Source of the DNA: Edaphobacter sp.
GTDB taxonomy: Bacteria; Acidobacteriota; Terriglobia; Terriglobales; Acidobacteriaceae
Direction of reading: 5' to 3'
DNA length: 64,000 nt
NCBI GenBank assembly: GCA_025462645.1
Contig: JAOAPB010000007.1
Coordinates: 58,573 to 122,572, forward strand
Made by a program: the position numbers and the translations under genes
Part shown: positions 10,287-19,477 of the stretch, one piece after another
Numbering within the stretch: the stretch's first letter is position 1
Layout: the number at the start of each line of letters is the position of its first letter
The notes under the pieces: generated by a model
The model's input: the letters and a program-made list of their open reading frames with translations, nothing else
Databases searched by the model: none
Told to the model about the DNA's origin: nothing

Positions 10287-10907
10287 TTATCTCTCTTTTA
10301 ACGGAGTGACCGAGAAGTGGTCAAAGGTCACGGAGAAGCTCTCCTTCCCCGGCGCCGCCGCCACCATGCCGATCTGGACCCTCACCTTCGGAGGAAAGTA
10401 GGCCAGCCGAAGCATGTGATACGTCTTCCCGTCGAAGGAGTATTCGATCTGCACGAAATCGCCCTTCCGCCTCAGCCGCAGCCAAACCGACTCGGGACTA
10501 TCCGTCCGCGGCACCACCGACCAGTCCGAGACCTCGCGGGTCACCACGGCGCTCACGTTCTGCACTCCATCCACATACTCGATACCGGTCTTGATCCAGT
10601 TCTTCTCATCCAGCCGCACCATCAGCCCTGCCTGATGAAACAGCTCGCGATAGTGACCGGTCACATGAACCTGCGCCTCGAAGTCCCCATCCTGCTCCTG
10701 AAAGTAGAACGGGCCATTGTCGCGGATGAACCCATAGTGCGTCACGCGCCAGAAGTCCGTCCCCGGATCCACCGTCGCCGTCAGTACGCCGTCCTTCGCC
10801 ACCCATTGCTTGGGCTCATGAAACCAATGCATCGGTGCCACTCCCTGCGCCACAACAATCCCGGAGAAGATAAAGAACCCACAAACAGCAACCAGCCACT
10901 TCAGCAT
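10287..10907 (-). CDS. Secreted DUF1349-like protein
   Basis: Signal peptide; TDFWRVTHYGF, QAGLMVR, WIKTGIE. Confidence 0.75.
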   Translation of the reverse strand: MLKWLVAVCGFFIFSGIVVAQGVAPMHWFHEPKQWVAKDGVLTATVDPGTDFWRVTHYGFIRDNGPFYFQEQDGDFEAQVHVTGHYRELFHQAGLMVRLDEKNWIKTGIEYVDGVQNVSAVVTREVSDWSVVPRTDSPESVWLRLRRKGDFVQIEYSFDGKTYHMLRLAYFPPKVRVQIGMVAAAPGKESFSVTFDHFSVTPLKER

Positions 10908-10971
10908 GAAAGTTCCTCCCGGGCTTCATCAGCCAACCACACTCCAGTAAGCGAATGACACCGCTACCGCG

Positions 10972-11487
10972 TCACTCCTGTACCCGATTCGGAACCTTGG
11001 CCTTCAGCCGCTCCACTACCAGCGGAGGAACCAGTGCCGACACATCCCCACCCAGCTGAAACACCCCCTTGATCAGCCGCGAGCTCACATACGTGTACTT
11101 CTCCGCCGGCATCATGAACAGCGTCTCCAGCTCTGGATCGAGCTTCCGGTTCATCATCGCCATCTGGAACTCGTACTCATAGTCGCTGATAGCCCTGATC
11201 CCCCTCAGCACCGCCTTGGCCCCCCTCTGCCTGGCAAAGTCCACCAGCAGTCCATCGAAGGTCGTAACCGACACATTCCTGAAGCCCTGCGTCGCCTCTC
11301 GAATCATCTCCTCGCGCTCCGGAACCGTGAACAACGGCGTACCCTTCTCCGAGTTGCGCAAAATCGCAACCACCAGCTCATCGACGATCTTCGCGCCGCG
11401 TGCTATCAGGTCAAGGTGCCCATTGGTCAGAGGATCGAACGTTCCCGGATAAATCGCCTTTACGGTATGCATGTCATCCAGAAGCAT
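10972..11487 (-). CDS. coaD: Pantetheine-phosphate adenylyltransferase
   Basis: YPGTFDPLTNGH, RGIRAISDYEYE, VSSRL. Confidence 0.96.
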   Translation of the reverse strand: MLLDDMHTVKAIYPGTFDPLTNGHLDLIARGAKIVDELVVAILRNSEKGTPLFTVPEREEMIREATQGFRNVSVTTFDGLLVDFARQRGAKAVLRGIRAISDYEYEFQMAMMNRKLDPELETLFMMPAEKYTYVSSRLIKGVFQLGGDVSALVPPLVVERLKAKVPNRVQE

Positions 11488-11565
11488 ACCTCCCTTCCCC
11501 CAGAAAAAATAAATCCGCTCCTCTGTAGTCTCCCCGCCAAACCCTCACGTCTGTCCTGATAGCAG

Positions 11566-12198
11566 ATGGAACATGATCACGGAAGCCCGGTCGTTGCCAA
11601 ATCCATGCCAGCTCACGCCCTCATCCCGGAAGATTTCGTCACCGCAGACCAGGCTCCGGCGACTCCCTTCGACGACCTGGCCACCATCGTCGCCCTCTAC
11701 GAGCAGCGCATCTTCCGCTTCCTCCTCGCCTCCATCCGCGATCGCGACGTAGCCCAGACCCTCACCCAGGAGACCTTCCTCCGTGCCTGGACCGCCCGCG
11801 CCAACTTCCGCGAAGACTGCTCCATCGCCACCTGGCTCATGCGAATCGCCCTCAACCTCCTTCGCGACCACACCCGCACCGACCGCTTCCGCTTCTGGAG
11901 GCGCGCCGCAACCAGCTCCATCGACATCTCCGAGATCTCCGAACACCTTCCCCACCGCGACAGCTCTGCCGAAGCCCGCCTCATCGCCAAAGACCAGCTG
12001 ACTCTGGTCTGGGAGGTAGTCGCCCAACTCTCCCAGCGGCAGCGAAGCATCTTCCTCCTCCGCTTCGTCGAGGAGCTCGAGCTCTCGGAGATCTCTATCG
12101 TCACCGGCCTGCCCGTCAGCACCGTCAAGAGCCATCTCTATCGCGCTCTCGCCACCATCCGGGCTCGCCACAACAACCTGCCCAAGGACTCCCTATGA
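11566..12198 (+). CDS. ECF sigma factor
   Basis: Region 2 (AQTLTQETFLRAW, WLMRIALN) and region 4 (ELSEIS...STVKSHLYRA). Confidence 0.92.
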   Translation: MEHDHGSPVVAKSMPAHALIPEDFVTADQAPATPFDDLATIVALYEQRIFRFLLASIRDRDVAQTLTQETFLRAWTARANFREDCSIATWLMRIALNLLRDHTRTDRFRFWRRAATSSIDISEISEHLPHRDSSAEARLIAKDQLTLVWEVVAQLSQRQRSIFLLRFVEELELSEISIVTGLPVSTVKSHLYRALATIRARHNNLPKDSL

Positions 12199-12728
12199 CT
12201 CCGCTGACTCCTCACCTCTCCCACGAACAGCTCTGCGACGTCGTCCTCGCCCGCTCCCCACATCCCTTGAGCAGCGACTTCGCCACCCTTCAGGACCATC
12301 TCCGCGCCTGCCCGGCCTGCGCTGCGGAGCTGGCAAATCTCACCGAGTCCCTCTCCCTCTTTCGCGAGGCCTCCACCGCCCTCGCCCATCAGCAGCTGAT
12401 CCACCAGAGCACCCCGAACAGCCTCCGCAGCAGGTCCATCCGGCCTTTGCACCGCACCGTCCTTCATCCCGGCTACTGGGCTGCCGCCGCCGCTGCTGCC
12501 ATCCTCGTCGTCGCCGCACTCCCGCTCAGGTTCCACCAGCACCCTCAGTCGCCATCGTCTCCCCCGGCTGTCGCTACTCCGGCCCACACCACGGAGTCGG
12601 ACGAAGCGCTCCTCGAAGACATCAACCAGACGCTCTCCTCGCCCATTCCCTCACCCATGCAGCCACTAGCCGACCCCACCGACAACTCCGCTGCAAACCA
12701 GTCCACCTCACCGAAAAGGAACAACTGA
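12195..12728 (+). CDS. Zinc-binding (ZAS) transmembrane anti-sigma factor
   Basis: HxxxCxxC (HLRACPAC), single TM, ATGA overlap with the sigma gene. Confidence 0.8.
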   Translation: MTPLTPHLSHEQLCDVVLARSPHPLSSDFATLQDHLRACPACAAELANLTESLSLFREASTALAHQQLIHQSTPNSLRSRSIRPLHRTVLHPGYWAAAAAAAILVVAALPLRFHQHPQSPSSPPAVATPAHTTESDEALLEDINQTLSSPIPSPMQPLADPTDNSAANQSTSPKRNN

Positions 12729-12729
12729 C

Positions 12730-13503
12730 ATGACCCGCACCCCACTCCTCCTCACTGCCCTTCTCCTCGTCCCATTCCTCGTCCCGCCCGCCTTCGCCCA
12801 GCAGCAGCCCGACCCCACTCCGGCGCCGCCTGCACCCCCGGCTCCTTCAACCCGCGTGACCATCCGGAAGCCGGAAGATCACCGCAAGATGGTCTTCGAG
12901 CGCGTCATCACGACCGACGGAATGCACTCTAGACTCCGCATGGGGCCTCCGGGAATCTGGTGGAAGAACCCCGATCTCGTCCAGAAGCTGACCATCACGC
13001 CCGACCAGCAGAAGCGCATGGATGACATCTTCCAGCAAAGCCGCCTCCAGCTCATCGACCTCAAGGCGGCGGTCGAAAAGCAGGAGGTCATGCTCGAGCC
13101 CATGCTCGACGCCAACCCTCCCGACACCAATAAGATCCTCGCCCAGATCGACAAGACCGCGCAGGCCCGCGCCGAACTGGAAAAGGGAAACGCAAAGATG
13201 CTCCTCGGCATCCGCACCGTCCTCACGCCAGACCAGTGGACCAAGCTCCAGGCGGAGCAGCGCGATCATCGCAACATGATGTTCAAGTTCCAGTCGAAGC
13301 CTGGAGGCCCCGAGGGTCCCGGAGCCTTTGGTGTCCATCGCGGCCCCATGGGTCCGGAGAGCAGGCTCGTCATGCCTCCCCCGCTCGGAAACTTTGAGTT
13401 CCAAACCGGTCCCATCGGCCCGAATGGTGCTCTTCCCTTGCCTCCTTCTCCCGAAAGCCTCGAACTCCAGCCTGGCCCCATCGACGACGACGTAGACTTT
13501 TAG
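12730..13503 (+). CDS. Spy/CpxP-like periplasmic protein
   Basis: Signal peptide; ITPDQ and LTPDQ (LTxxQ) motifs; helical core. Confidence 0.8.
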   Translation: MTRTPLLLTALLLVPFLVPPAFAQQQPDPTPAPPAPPAPSTRVTIRKPEDHRKMVFERVITTDGMHSRLRMGPPGIWWKNPDLVQKLTITPDQQKRMDDIFQQSRLQLIDLKAAVEKQEVMLEPMLDANPPDTNKILAQIDKTAQARAELEKGNAKMLLGIRTVLTPDQWTKLQAEQRDHRNMMFKFQSKPGGPEGPGAFGVHRGPMGPESRLVMPPPLGNFEFQTGPIGPNGALPLPPSPESLELQPGPIDDDVDF

Positions 13504-13515
13504 CCAACTCCCACT

Positions 13516-13764
13516 GCTGTTGCCATTGCAGCTGTCTCCGCCATTGCAGTTGTCTCTGTCGTTGCAGTTGTCTCTGCCCTTGCAGTTGCTGTCCTTCCAA
13601 CCAGCCCAAGCCGCTCGGGTGCCCCATCCATCGCAGTTCCACCGCGATGGATGGGAAGGTATCCCTCTCCCCAGCCAACTCTTGCTTTGGCTTGTCATCC
13701 TGAGCGCGGCGAAGGACCCGAAGAAATTTCCTGGCCACGACTCCCAGACCCTTTTCAACAACCA
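13516..13764 (+). repeat. Composite repeat: 18-bp tandem (TTGCAGTTGTCTCTGCCC-like) + GGGTGCCCCATCC hairpin + TGTCATCCTGAGCG unit
   Basis: Same parts in the same order as the reverse complement of 20715-21072. Confidence 0.85.
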
Positions 13765-13783
13765 ACCCTCCCGCCCTTGCCGT

Positions 13784-15464
13784 TGTAGGTGGACAGAGAA
13801 CCTGGGATTCTGGACACAGAACGTGGGATTTTTGGACAGGGAAGGTGAGATAAACCTACTGAGTGTAGAAAGCATATTAAAAATTCGCAAGGAACTGCGA
13901 AATATAGGCACAAATAATTCAACTACTGGCTACATTACATAGTTCATCGATACTTGATTTCGGCGCGAGAATTCAGTCCTGCGAATCTTCCACGTCGCAT
14001 TCCGCGTCGTCATTGCCATGTTCTCTCTCATGGCCTGAGCACGCTGGAGTGAGCAGATACGCGCGAGTTGCTCCGTTGAAGCTACCATACCCTGTAATTT
14101 GTCCGCGATTATTGATCGCGTAAGCATACGAAAGAACCCACCCTGAATTCGTCGGGATCAAGTTGTTCAAATCTTCCATGGTGCGCTTGCTGTACAGAAA
14201 AGCTCGGAAATCTCTGTTCTGCCCGGAAAAAGTGTATCCCACTACCTTCCCGGACAGATTGATCCCTAAGCCGACACTCGCGGTTGCTCCGGGCACCGTG
14301 CCCAAATCCCGCATTCTGCCATGGCTGTACAGGAAGGCATGGAGGTCACTTCCGGTGGTCTCGGCGGAATTGGCGGCGCCTGTCACCTCACCATGGTTGT
14401 TGATGGCATTGCCAACGCTGTAGGTTCCGCCAGGCAGGGTGCCCAGATCGGACATTGTGCCATTGCTATACAGAAAGGCATGGCGCGCCCCAGCGCCTGT
14501 CACCTCGCCACGGTTGTTGATGGCATATCCAGTGCTGCCCTGGTCGCCAGGCAGGGTGCCCAGATCTACCATCTGGCCATCGCTGTACAGAAAGGCATGG
14601 GACTGATGGTAGTCAACCCCAAAGTTTGATGAACCTGTCACTTGGCCATAGCTGTTGACGGCAAACCCACCGCTATAGATTCCGCCAGGCAGGGTCCCCA
14701 AATCGTACATGGTGCCGTTGGTATATAGGAAAGCGTGGTTCGAACCGTCTGCCGTGTTCGAGTAACCTGTCACCTTGACACGCCCTCCACCCCCGCTGAT
14801 GCCATATCCAGCGCTAATGTTCCCCCCAGGCAGTGTGCCCAGGTCCAACATCTCGCCTTCGCTATACAAGAAAGCATGTACAAAATTGCCGATCCCTGAA
14901 TAGGAATAACCTGTCACTTGGCCGGAGCGGTCGATGCCACGGCCGTAGCTGGCAATATCTCCGGGCAGGGTGCCGAGATCAGCGATTGTGTACCGCTGAG
15001 CGGTTGCTGCTTGAACTGCGAGCAGCGCGCAGAAGAGATTCAGAGCGAAAGGTACTGAGAGACGGCGCATAGAAGCCTCCGATCGATATGGGTAGATGGG
15101 TATTTCGTCTAAATAGCCGACGCGGCAAACTTTCCCCAGAGCCCACGATCGCAAACGCCGCGAATAAACAGATTCGAATCAATATGGTGGCGACGCGGCG
15201 CAGCTGTCTGTGCGCGATCGCACGAACGCTTGCATCTGATTAGTTTTCGTAAACGCGCTTATCGCACGAAAACTCCCGGATGGTCGGCAAACAGGATTCT
15301 GTGAATTTTCCTGTTGTGGGACCACCTAGAGCAACCGGGGCGCGTGGTATCCCACATTTGTGTCAAACGGTAGGTTTATCCCAGGTTTTGTGTCACAAAT
15401 CCTCGCGATTTGTATCGCAACATGCGCTCTATTCCTAATATCCAGATCTCTGTGTCAACCTACA
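13784..15464. mobile_element. Non-autonomous transposon with Tn7/IS21-like ends
   Basis: Left end TGTAGGTGGACAGAGA; right end (rc) TGTAGGTTGACACAGA; three internal GACA(C/G)A..A..TGGGAT-type sites per end; CCGT duplicated at 13780-13783 and 15465-15468; no transposase inside. Confidence 0.75.
13973..15070 (-). CDS. Secreted HAF-repeat protein
   Basis: Signal peptide; about 6-7 repeats of IN..G.VTG...HAFLYS.G.M.DLGTLPGG. Confidence 0.88.
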   Translation of the reverse strand: MRRLSVPFALNLFCALLAVQAATAQRYTIADLGTLPGDIASYGRGIDRSGQVTGYSYSGIGNFVHAFLYSEGEMLDLGTLPGGNISAGYGISGGGGRVKVTGYSNTADGSNHAFLYTNGTMYDLGTLPGGIYSGGFAVNSYGQVTGSSNFGVDYHQSHAFLYSDGQMVDLGTLPGDQGSTGYAINNRGEVTGAGARHAFLYSNGTMSDLGTLPGGTYSVGNAINNHGEVTGAANSAETTGSDLHAFLYSHGRMRDLGTVPGATASVGLGINLSGKVVGYTFSGQNRDFRAFLYSKRTMEDLNNLIPTNSGWVLSYAYAINNRGQITGYGSFNGATRAYLLTPACSGHEREHGNDDAECDVEDSQD

Positions 15465-15649
15465 CCGTTGCTGTTGTTCTTGTGGTTCGGGCTTGAAACC
15501 CAGGGCTTAGCCTAGTCATCAAGCCCCCAGCGAAGCGGCCTCCACTCTGCCGAAGGCCAAAGTGAAGCCCGAAGAGCGCAACGACACATATTGCCTTCTC
15601 GTCGGACAGACACCCACTCTTCAAGGAAACCTCGAGCTTGTCTTCACCA

Positions 15650-15920
15650 AAATCCCTGTCAAGCCCCAAAACCACCTAAAATCATGCAAACAAATGACAT
15701 CCGAGTGGCATACTAGTTTACCCCAATTCGCTATAATTAATACAGAGTCAGAAAAGCCCCGGCCAAAACGCCGGGGTTTTCTCAATTAACGCCCGTAACT
15801 TCAATTAGGAGACGAATTTGGCCGTAACTTATTTAGAATGACGAATTTACAAACAACAAAATCGATAAACCATTGAATATACGTCCTTTAGGCCTAGGTA
15901 CCCCCCGGGGGGTACCCCCC
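15650..15920 (+). repeat. ~270-bp AT-rich dispersed element, copy A
   Basis: Colinear with the reverse complement of 20227-20497; ends in the perfect palindrome GGTACCCCCCGGGGGGTACC (15897-15916). Confidence 0.85.
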
Positions 15921-16007
15921 GACCAAAACACGACCCTCTTGGTTGCAAGAGAAATAGTCTACGATGGGTGCCATCCCAGGCACACCAACAGGAGCGATTC
16001 AAACACG

Positions 16008-16631
16008 ATGGCAACCCCGGCAAACCCTTTAGCCCTGCCGCTTACAGCACCCAAAGTCGCCAACCCCGCCCCCCTCGGCCTCGCCGGCTTCGGCCTCACC
16101 ACTGTCGTCCTCAGCTGCATCAACGCCGGTCTCCTCCCTGCCGAGGCAGTCCCAGCCGTCGTTCCCCTCGCCTTCGCCTATGGCGGAGTCGCCCAGCTCA
16201 TCGCCGGTGTCCTCGAGTTCAAGACCGGCAACACCTTCGGCATGGTCGCCTTCACCTCCTTCGGCCTCTTCTGGTGGTGGTTCGCCTTCCTCAAGTGGAC
16301 CGTAGGCGCCGGCTGGCTGGCCACGCCATCCGCCTCCGGCATGGCGGTCACCCTTCTGATGTGGGGAGTCTTCACCTTCCTCCTCTGGATCGTCACCTTC
16401 CGCTCGAGCAAAGCCGTCTGGAGCATCTTCCTCCTGCTCTGGATCACCTTCTTCTTTCTCGCCTGGGGTGACTTCGGCTACATGATCGGCCCCTGGCGCT
16501 GCGGAGTCATCGGAGGCTACTTCGGCCTGATCACCGGCCTCGATGCCCTCTTCGTAGCCTTCGTCGAGGTCCTCAACGCAACCGCAGGCCGCGAGGTCAT
16601 CTCCCTCGGCCGGCCCATCATTCACAGCTAA
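16008..16631 (+). CDS. satP: SatP/GPR1/FUN34/YaaH family acetate/succinate transporter
   Basis: ANPAPLGLAGF, YGGVAQ, NTFG, SFGLFW; about 6 TMs. Confidence 0.9.
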   Translation: MATPANPLALPLTAPKVANPAPLGLAGFGLTTVVLSCINAGLLPAEAVPAVVPLAFAYGGVAQLIAGVLEFKTGNTFGMVAFTSFGLFWWWFAFLKWTVGAGWLATPSASGMAVTLLMWGVFTFLLWIVTFRSSKAVWSIFLLLWITFFFLAWGDFGYMIGPWRCGVIGGYFGLITGLDALFVAFVEVLNATAGREVISLGRPIIHS

Positions 16632-16636
16632 AAACA

Positions 16637-16668
16637 GAAGCGCCGGAAGCATAAGCTTCCGGCGCTTC
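16637..16668. terminator. Hairpin between convergent satP and recA
   Basis: Perfect 14-bp stem GAAGCGCCGGAAGC-ATAA-GCTTCCGGCGCTTC; T-run follows on the minus strand. Confidence 0.8.
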
Positions 16669-16686
16669 CAAATCCGATTTGCGAAC

Positions 16687-17760
16687 TTACTTCTTGCCCG
16701 CGCGCACAACTTCCTTCGCCTGAGCCTCGCCATTGGCAGGAACCGGCGGAACATCCACAGCGGAACTCGCCCCGGCAATTCCGAGCTTCTTCCGCAGCTC
16801 GCTATCGACGCGACCGAACACGTCCTTGTTCTCCTTCAGGAAGCTCCGGACGTTCTCACGGCCCTGACCGATGCGCTCGCCCTGATAGCTGTACCACGCA
16901 CCGCTCTTGTCCACGATGTTGTGCAGCACCGCGAGATCGAGCACATCCCCTTCGCGCGAGATGCCCTCGCCGTACAGGATGTCGAACTCGGCATCACGGA
17001 AAGGAGCCGCGACCTTGTTCTTCACGATCTTCACCTTGGTCCGCGAACCCACCACCGAATCGCCATCCTTCACCGCGCCAATCCGGCGAATGTCGATACG
17101 AACCGACGAGTAGAACTTCAGCGCCTTACCGCCCGTCGTCGTCTCCGGATTGCCGAACATCACGCCGATCTTCTCGCGGATCTGGTTGATGAAGATCAGG
17201 CAGGTCCGTGACTTCGAGACCGTTCCCGTCAGCTTGCGCAGTGCCTGGCTCATCAGCCTCGCCTGCAAGCCCATGTGCGAATCGCCCATCTCGCCGTCGA
17301 GTTCGGCCTTCGGCACCAGCGCAGCAACGGAGTCGACCACGAGCACGTCGATGGCATTCGACCGAACCAGCGCCTCGACGATCTCCAGCGCCTGCTCGCC
17401 GTAATCCGGCTGGCTCACCAGCAGGTTGTCGATGTCCACCCCCAACTTGGCGGCGTAAGCAGGATCAAGCGCATGCTCAGCATCTACAAACGCCGCCAGT
17501 CCACCTGACTTCTGCGCCTCGGCGATGATCTGTAGCGTAATGGTGGTCTTGCCCGAAGACTCCGGCCCAAAGATCTCAATCACCCGCCCACGCGGCACCC
17601 CACCCACCCCAAGGGCAGCATCAAACGAAATCGATCCCGTGGAAATAACCGAAATCGGAACAACGTCCTTCGACCCCAACCGCATGATCGAACCCTTGCC
17701 AAACTGCTTCTCCAACCCTGAGAGGGCCAGCTCTATTGCCTTGGAACGATCATCTGCCAC
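16687..17760 (-). CDS. recA: Recombinase A
   Basis: [41 protein letters not shown]. Confidence 0.99.
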   Translation of the reverse strand: MADDRSKAIELALSGLEKQFGKGSIMRLGSKDVVPISVISTGSISFDAALGVGGVPRGRVIEIFGPESSGKTTITLQIIAEAQKSGGLAAFVDAEHALDPAYAAKLGVDIDNLLVSQPDYGEQALEIVEALVRSNAIDVLVVDSVAALVPKAELDGEMGDSHMGLQARLMSQALRKLTGTVSKSRTCLIFINQIREKIGVMFGNPETTTGGKALKFYSSVRIDIRRIGAVKDGDSVVGSRTKVKIVKNKVAAPFRDAEFDILYGEGISREGDVLDLAVLHNIVDKSGAWYSYQGERIGQGRENVRSFLKENKDVFGRVDSELRKKLGIAGASSAVDVPPVPANGEAQAKEVVRAGKK

Positions 17761-17792
17761 GTGTGTCTCTCCTCAGTTTCAAGTCAAAGCGG

Positions 17793-17833
17793 ATTCTAGC
17801 ATCAAAAACAGAAAAAGCAAATAAAAGGCGAAT
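17793..17833 (-). promoter_or_regulatory. recA sigma70 promoter with overlapping candidate LexA box
   Basis: TTGCTT-N16-TAGAAT with extended TG; ATTC-N7-ATTT (17833-17819) resembles GTTC-N7-GTTC. Confidence 0.5.
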
Positions 17834-17837
17834 ACAA

Positions 17838-19394
17838 CTAACGTCGTAGTAAATCAACCGGCTCATTCACGTCGTCAATTCTGAAGTGTTTTGCCAAGGT
17901 AGGATGTTTAGCCTCAACCGCCCGATACATCTCCCAGGCTACGCGGCGATAGCTGAAGTGGCCAGCCACCCCTGACCGCAGCTCCGAGATGTAGAGGGCT
18001 TCGGCGAAGTCCATCTTGAACATGGAGCGGCACCGGGTTCCTAAGGGAAGGCAGTACTGGGCGGACTCGGCTGCCTCGGGGGTTCCGCTGTCGCGTAGCT
18101 GGCGGTAGGTGGTGAAGGCTGCGTCCATTGCACTGGCGTACAGGGCTTCGAGGCCAGCTTCGGCGAGGGTAGGTTGACCTGGGCAGATGGGCTCTTCGTA
18201 GCCGTGAGCGTCGGTGTAGGGCTGGAGGAGCTGGATGCAGCGGCGATGGCGATGCATGTCGCGGAAGCCGCCGATATCCATCAGGATGTCGAACCGGAAG
18301 CCGTGGCCGGCGCTGAAGGCTCTTAGGAGCTCGTCGTGGCGTCCGCGGTGCTTCGTGCCGAGTCCGATCAGCTCGGAGCGGCGAGCGTCGCTCAGGGCTG
18401 CTACGTGGCTGCGGAGCTGGCGGTAGGAGAAGTGGCAGTGAGGGTAGAGGAGCGATGTGGCCAGCTCGACCTCCAGAGGCTCATCGTCGTCGAGGAGGTC
18501 GACTACGGGAGCGGTGGCGATCGGCTGTCCGGCCATCAGCTCGGCTGCGGCGGCGGTGAGTTCTCTACGGCTAGTGGAGAGGTAGTCGCTCTCTACGGCG
18601 TACTTGACCAGCGTTGGGGCGGTCTTCACGGGGCGTAGAAGGGCCTCGACTGCGCGCTTGCCGCAGAGCGTATCGACAGAGCCTATCTCCTCGCAGAGGA
18701 CCTGGGCTGTGGCGTGCTGGACGTTCCAGGCGGGTTCGGTGGCGGCGATGCGGAGCTTCTCGCCTATCTGCCTGACCTCGGCGAACTGGCTGGTGAGCAG
18801 ACGCGAGACCTGGGTCTCGAGCGTGCGGGCGTTGACGATCTGGCCGAGAGAGGTGTTGGTCGCGAGTGGGAGGAGATAGCGGGCGACGTCGAAGGCTCTG
18901 GCCTTCAGGGTTCGCTCGTAGGCTTCGGGCTTCATCGCCTCGGGTCGTGGGATCGCGGCCTTCAGGGACTCGAGCATTCCGGCTCCGATGCGGTCGTAGG
19001 CGAGGAACATGGCCTCGACTGCGGCGGTGAAGGTGGAAGTCTGCGGGCCTAGATCGGGCGTGAACCAGCCTGAGGTGCGGAAGTTCTGGTAGCGTGTCGA
19101 ACGCTCCTGTCCGTCCCAGCGCTGCTCGTCGACCAGTTCGATGGCGGCGAGGAGGCTGAGGCGCTCGATGGCGAAGGGGATGTGGGCGAGGTCGGCGATG
19201 GAGCGATGACCGTACTGGAAGTAGAAGGTGTTGAGGAACTGCTCGGCTCGCTGGGCGCTGATCTCGGCGAGCGACTCCTTCATGGTAAGGGAAGATCGGG
19301 AGTACTTGGCCATCGCGTAGGCGAGGACTTCGGGGTCTGCTCCGTGGATCGCGTAGACATCGGTTTCGGCTGGCTTCTTCTCGGACTCGGACAT
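17838..19394 (-). CDS. thyX: FAD-dependent thymidylate synthase with tandem ThyX domains
   Basis: YGHRSIAD, QERSTRY and ARYLLP in the N-domain; RDMHRHR and YCLPLG in the C-domain. Confidence 0.82.
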   Translation of the reverse strand: MSESEKKPAETDVYAIHGADPEVLAYAMAKYSRSSLTMKESLAEISAQRAEQFLNTFYFQYGHRSIADLAHIPFAIERLSLLAAIELVDEQRWDGQERSTRYQNFRTSGWFTPDLGPQTSTFTAAVEAMFLAYDRIGAGMLESLKAAIPRPEAMKPEAYERTLKARAFDVARYLLPLATNTSLGQIVNARTLETQVSRLLTSQFAEVRQIGEKLRIAATEPAWNVQHATAQVLCEEIGSVDTLCGKRAVEALLRPVKTAPTLVKYAVESDYLSTSRRELTAAAAELMAGQPIATAPVVDLLDDDEPLEVELATSLLYPHCHFSYRQLRSHVAALSDARRSELIGLGTKHRGRHDELLRAFSAGHGFRFDILMDIGGFRDMHRHRRCIQLLQPYTDAHGYEEPICPGQPTLAEAGLEALYASAMDAAFTTYRQLRDSGTPEAAESAQYCLPLGTRCRSMFKMDFAEALYISELRSGVAGHFSYRRVAWEMYRAVEAKHPTLAKHFRIDDVNEPVDLLRR

Positions 19395-19477
19395 TTGGAA
19401 CTCAGGATACGTTATGCGCCTGAGGATGTTTGGGGGTCTCGATTCGTATAATGCGGAAGCAGGGTTTATGGAGGTTC

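Noticed and set aside
12847-13911. 354-aa minus-strand ORF with DNCN repeats
   Set aside because: Made of the CpxP antisense frame plus translated non-coding repeats.
15280-15345. c-di-GMP-I riboswitch suggested by GGCAAAC
   Set aside because: Lacks the GAAA tetraloop and GACGCAAAGC elements, and is on the wrong strand for the HAF gene.
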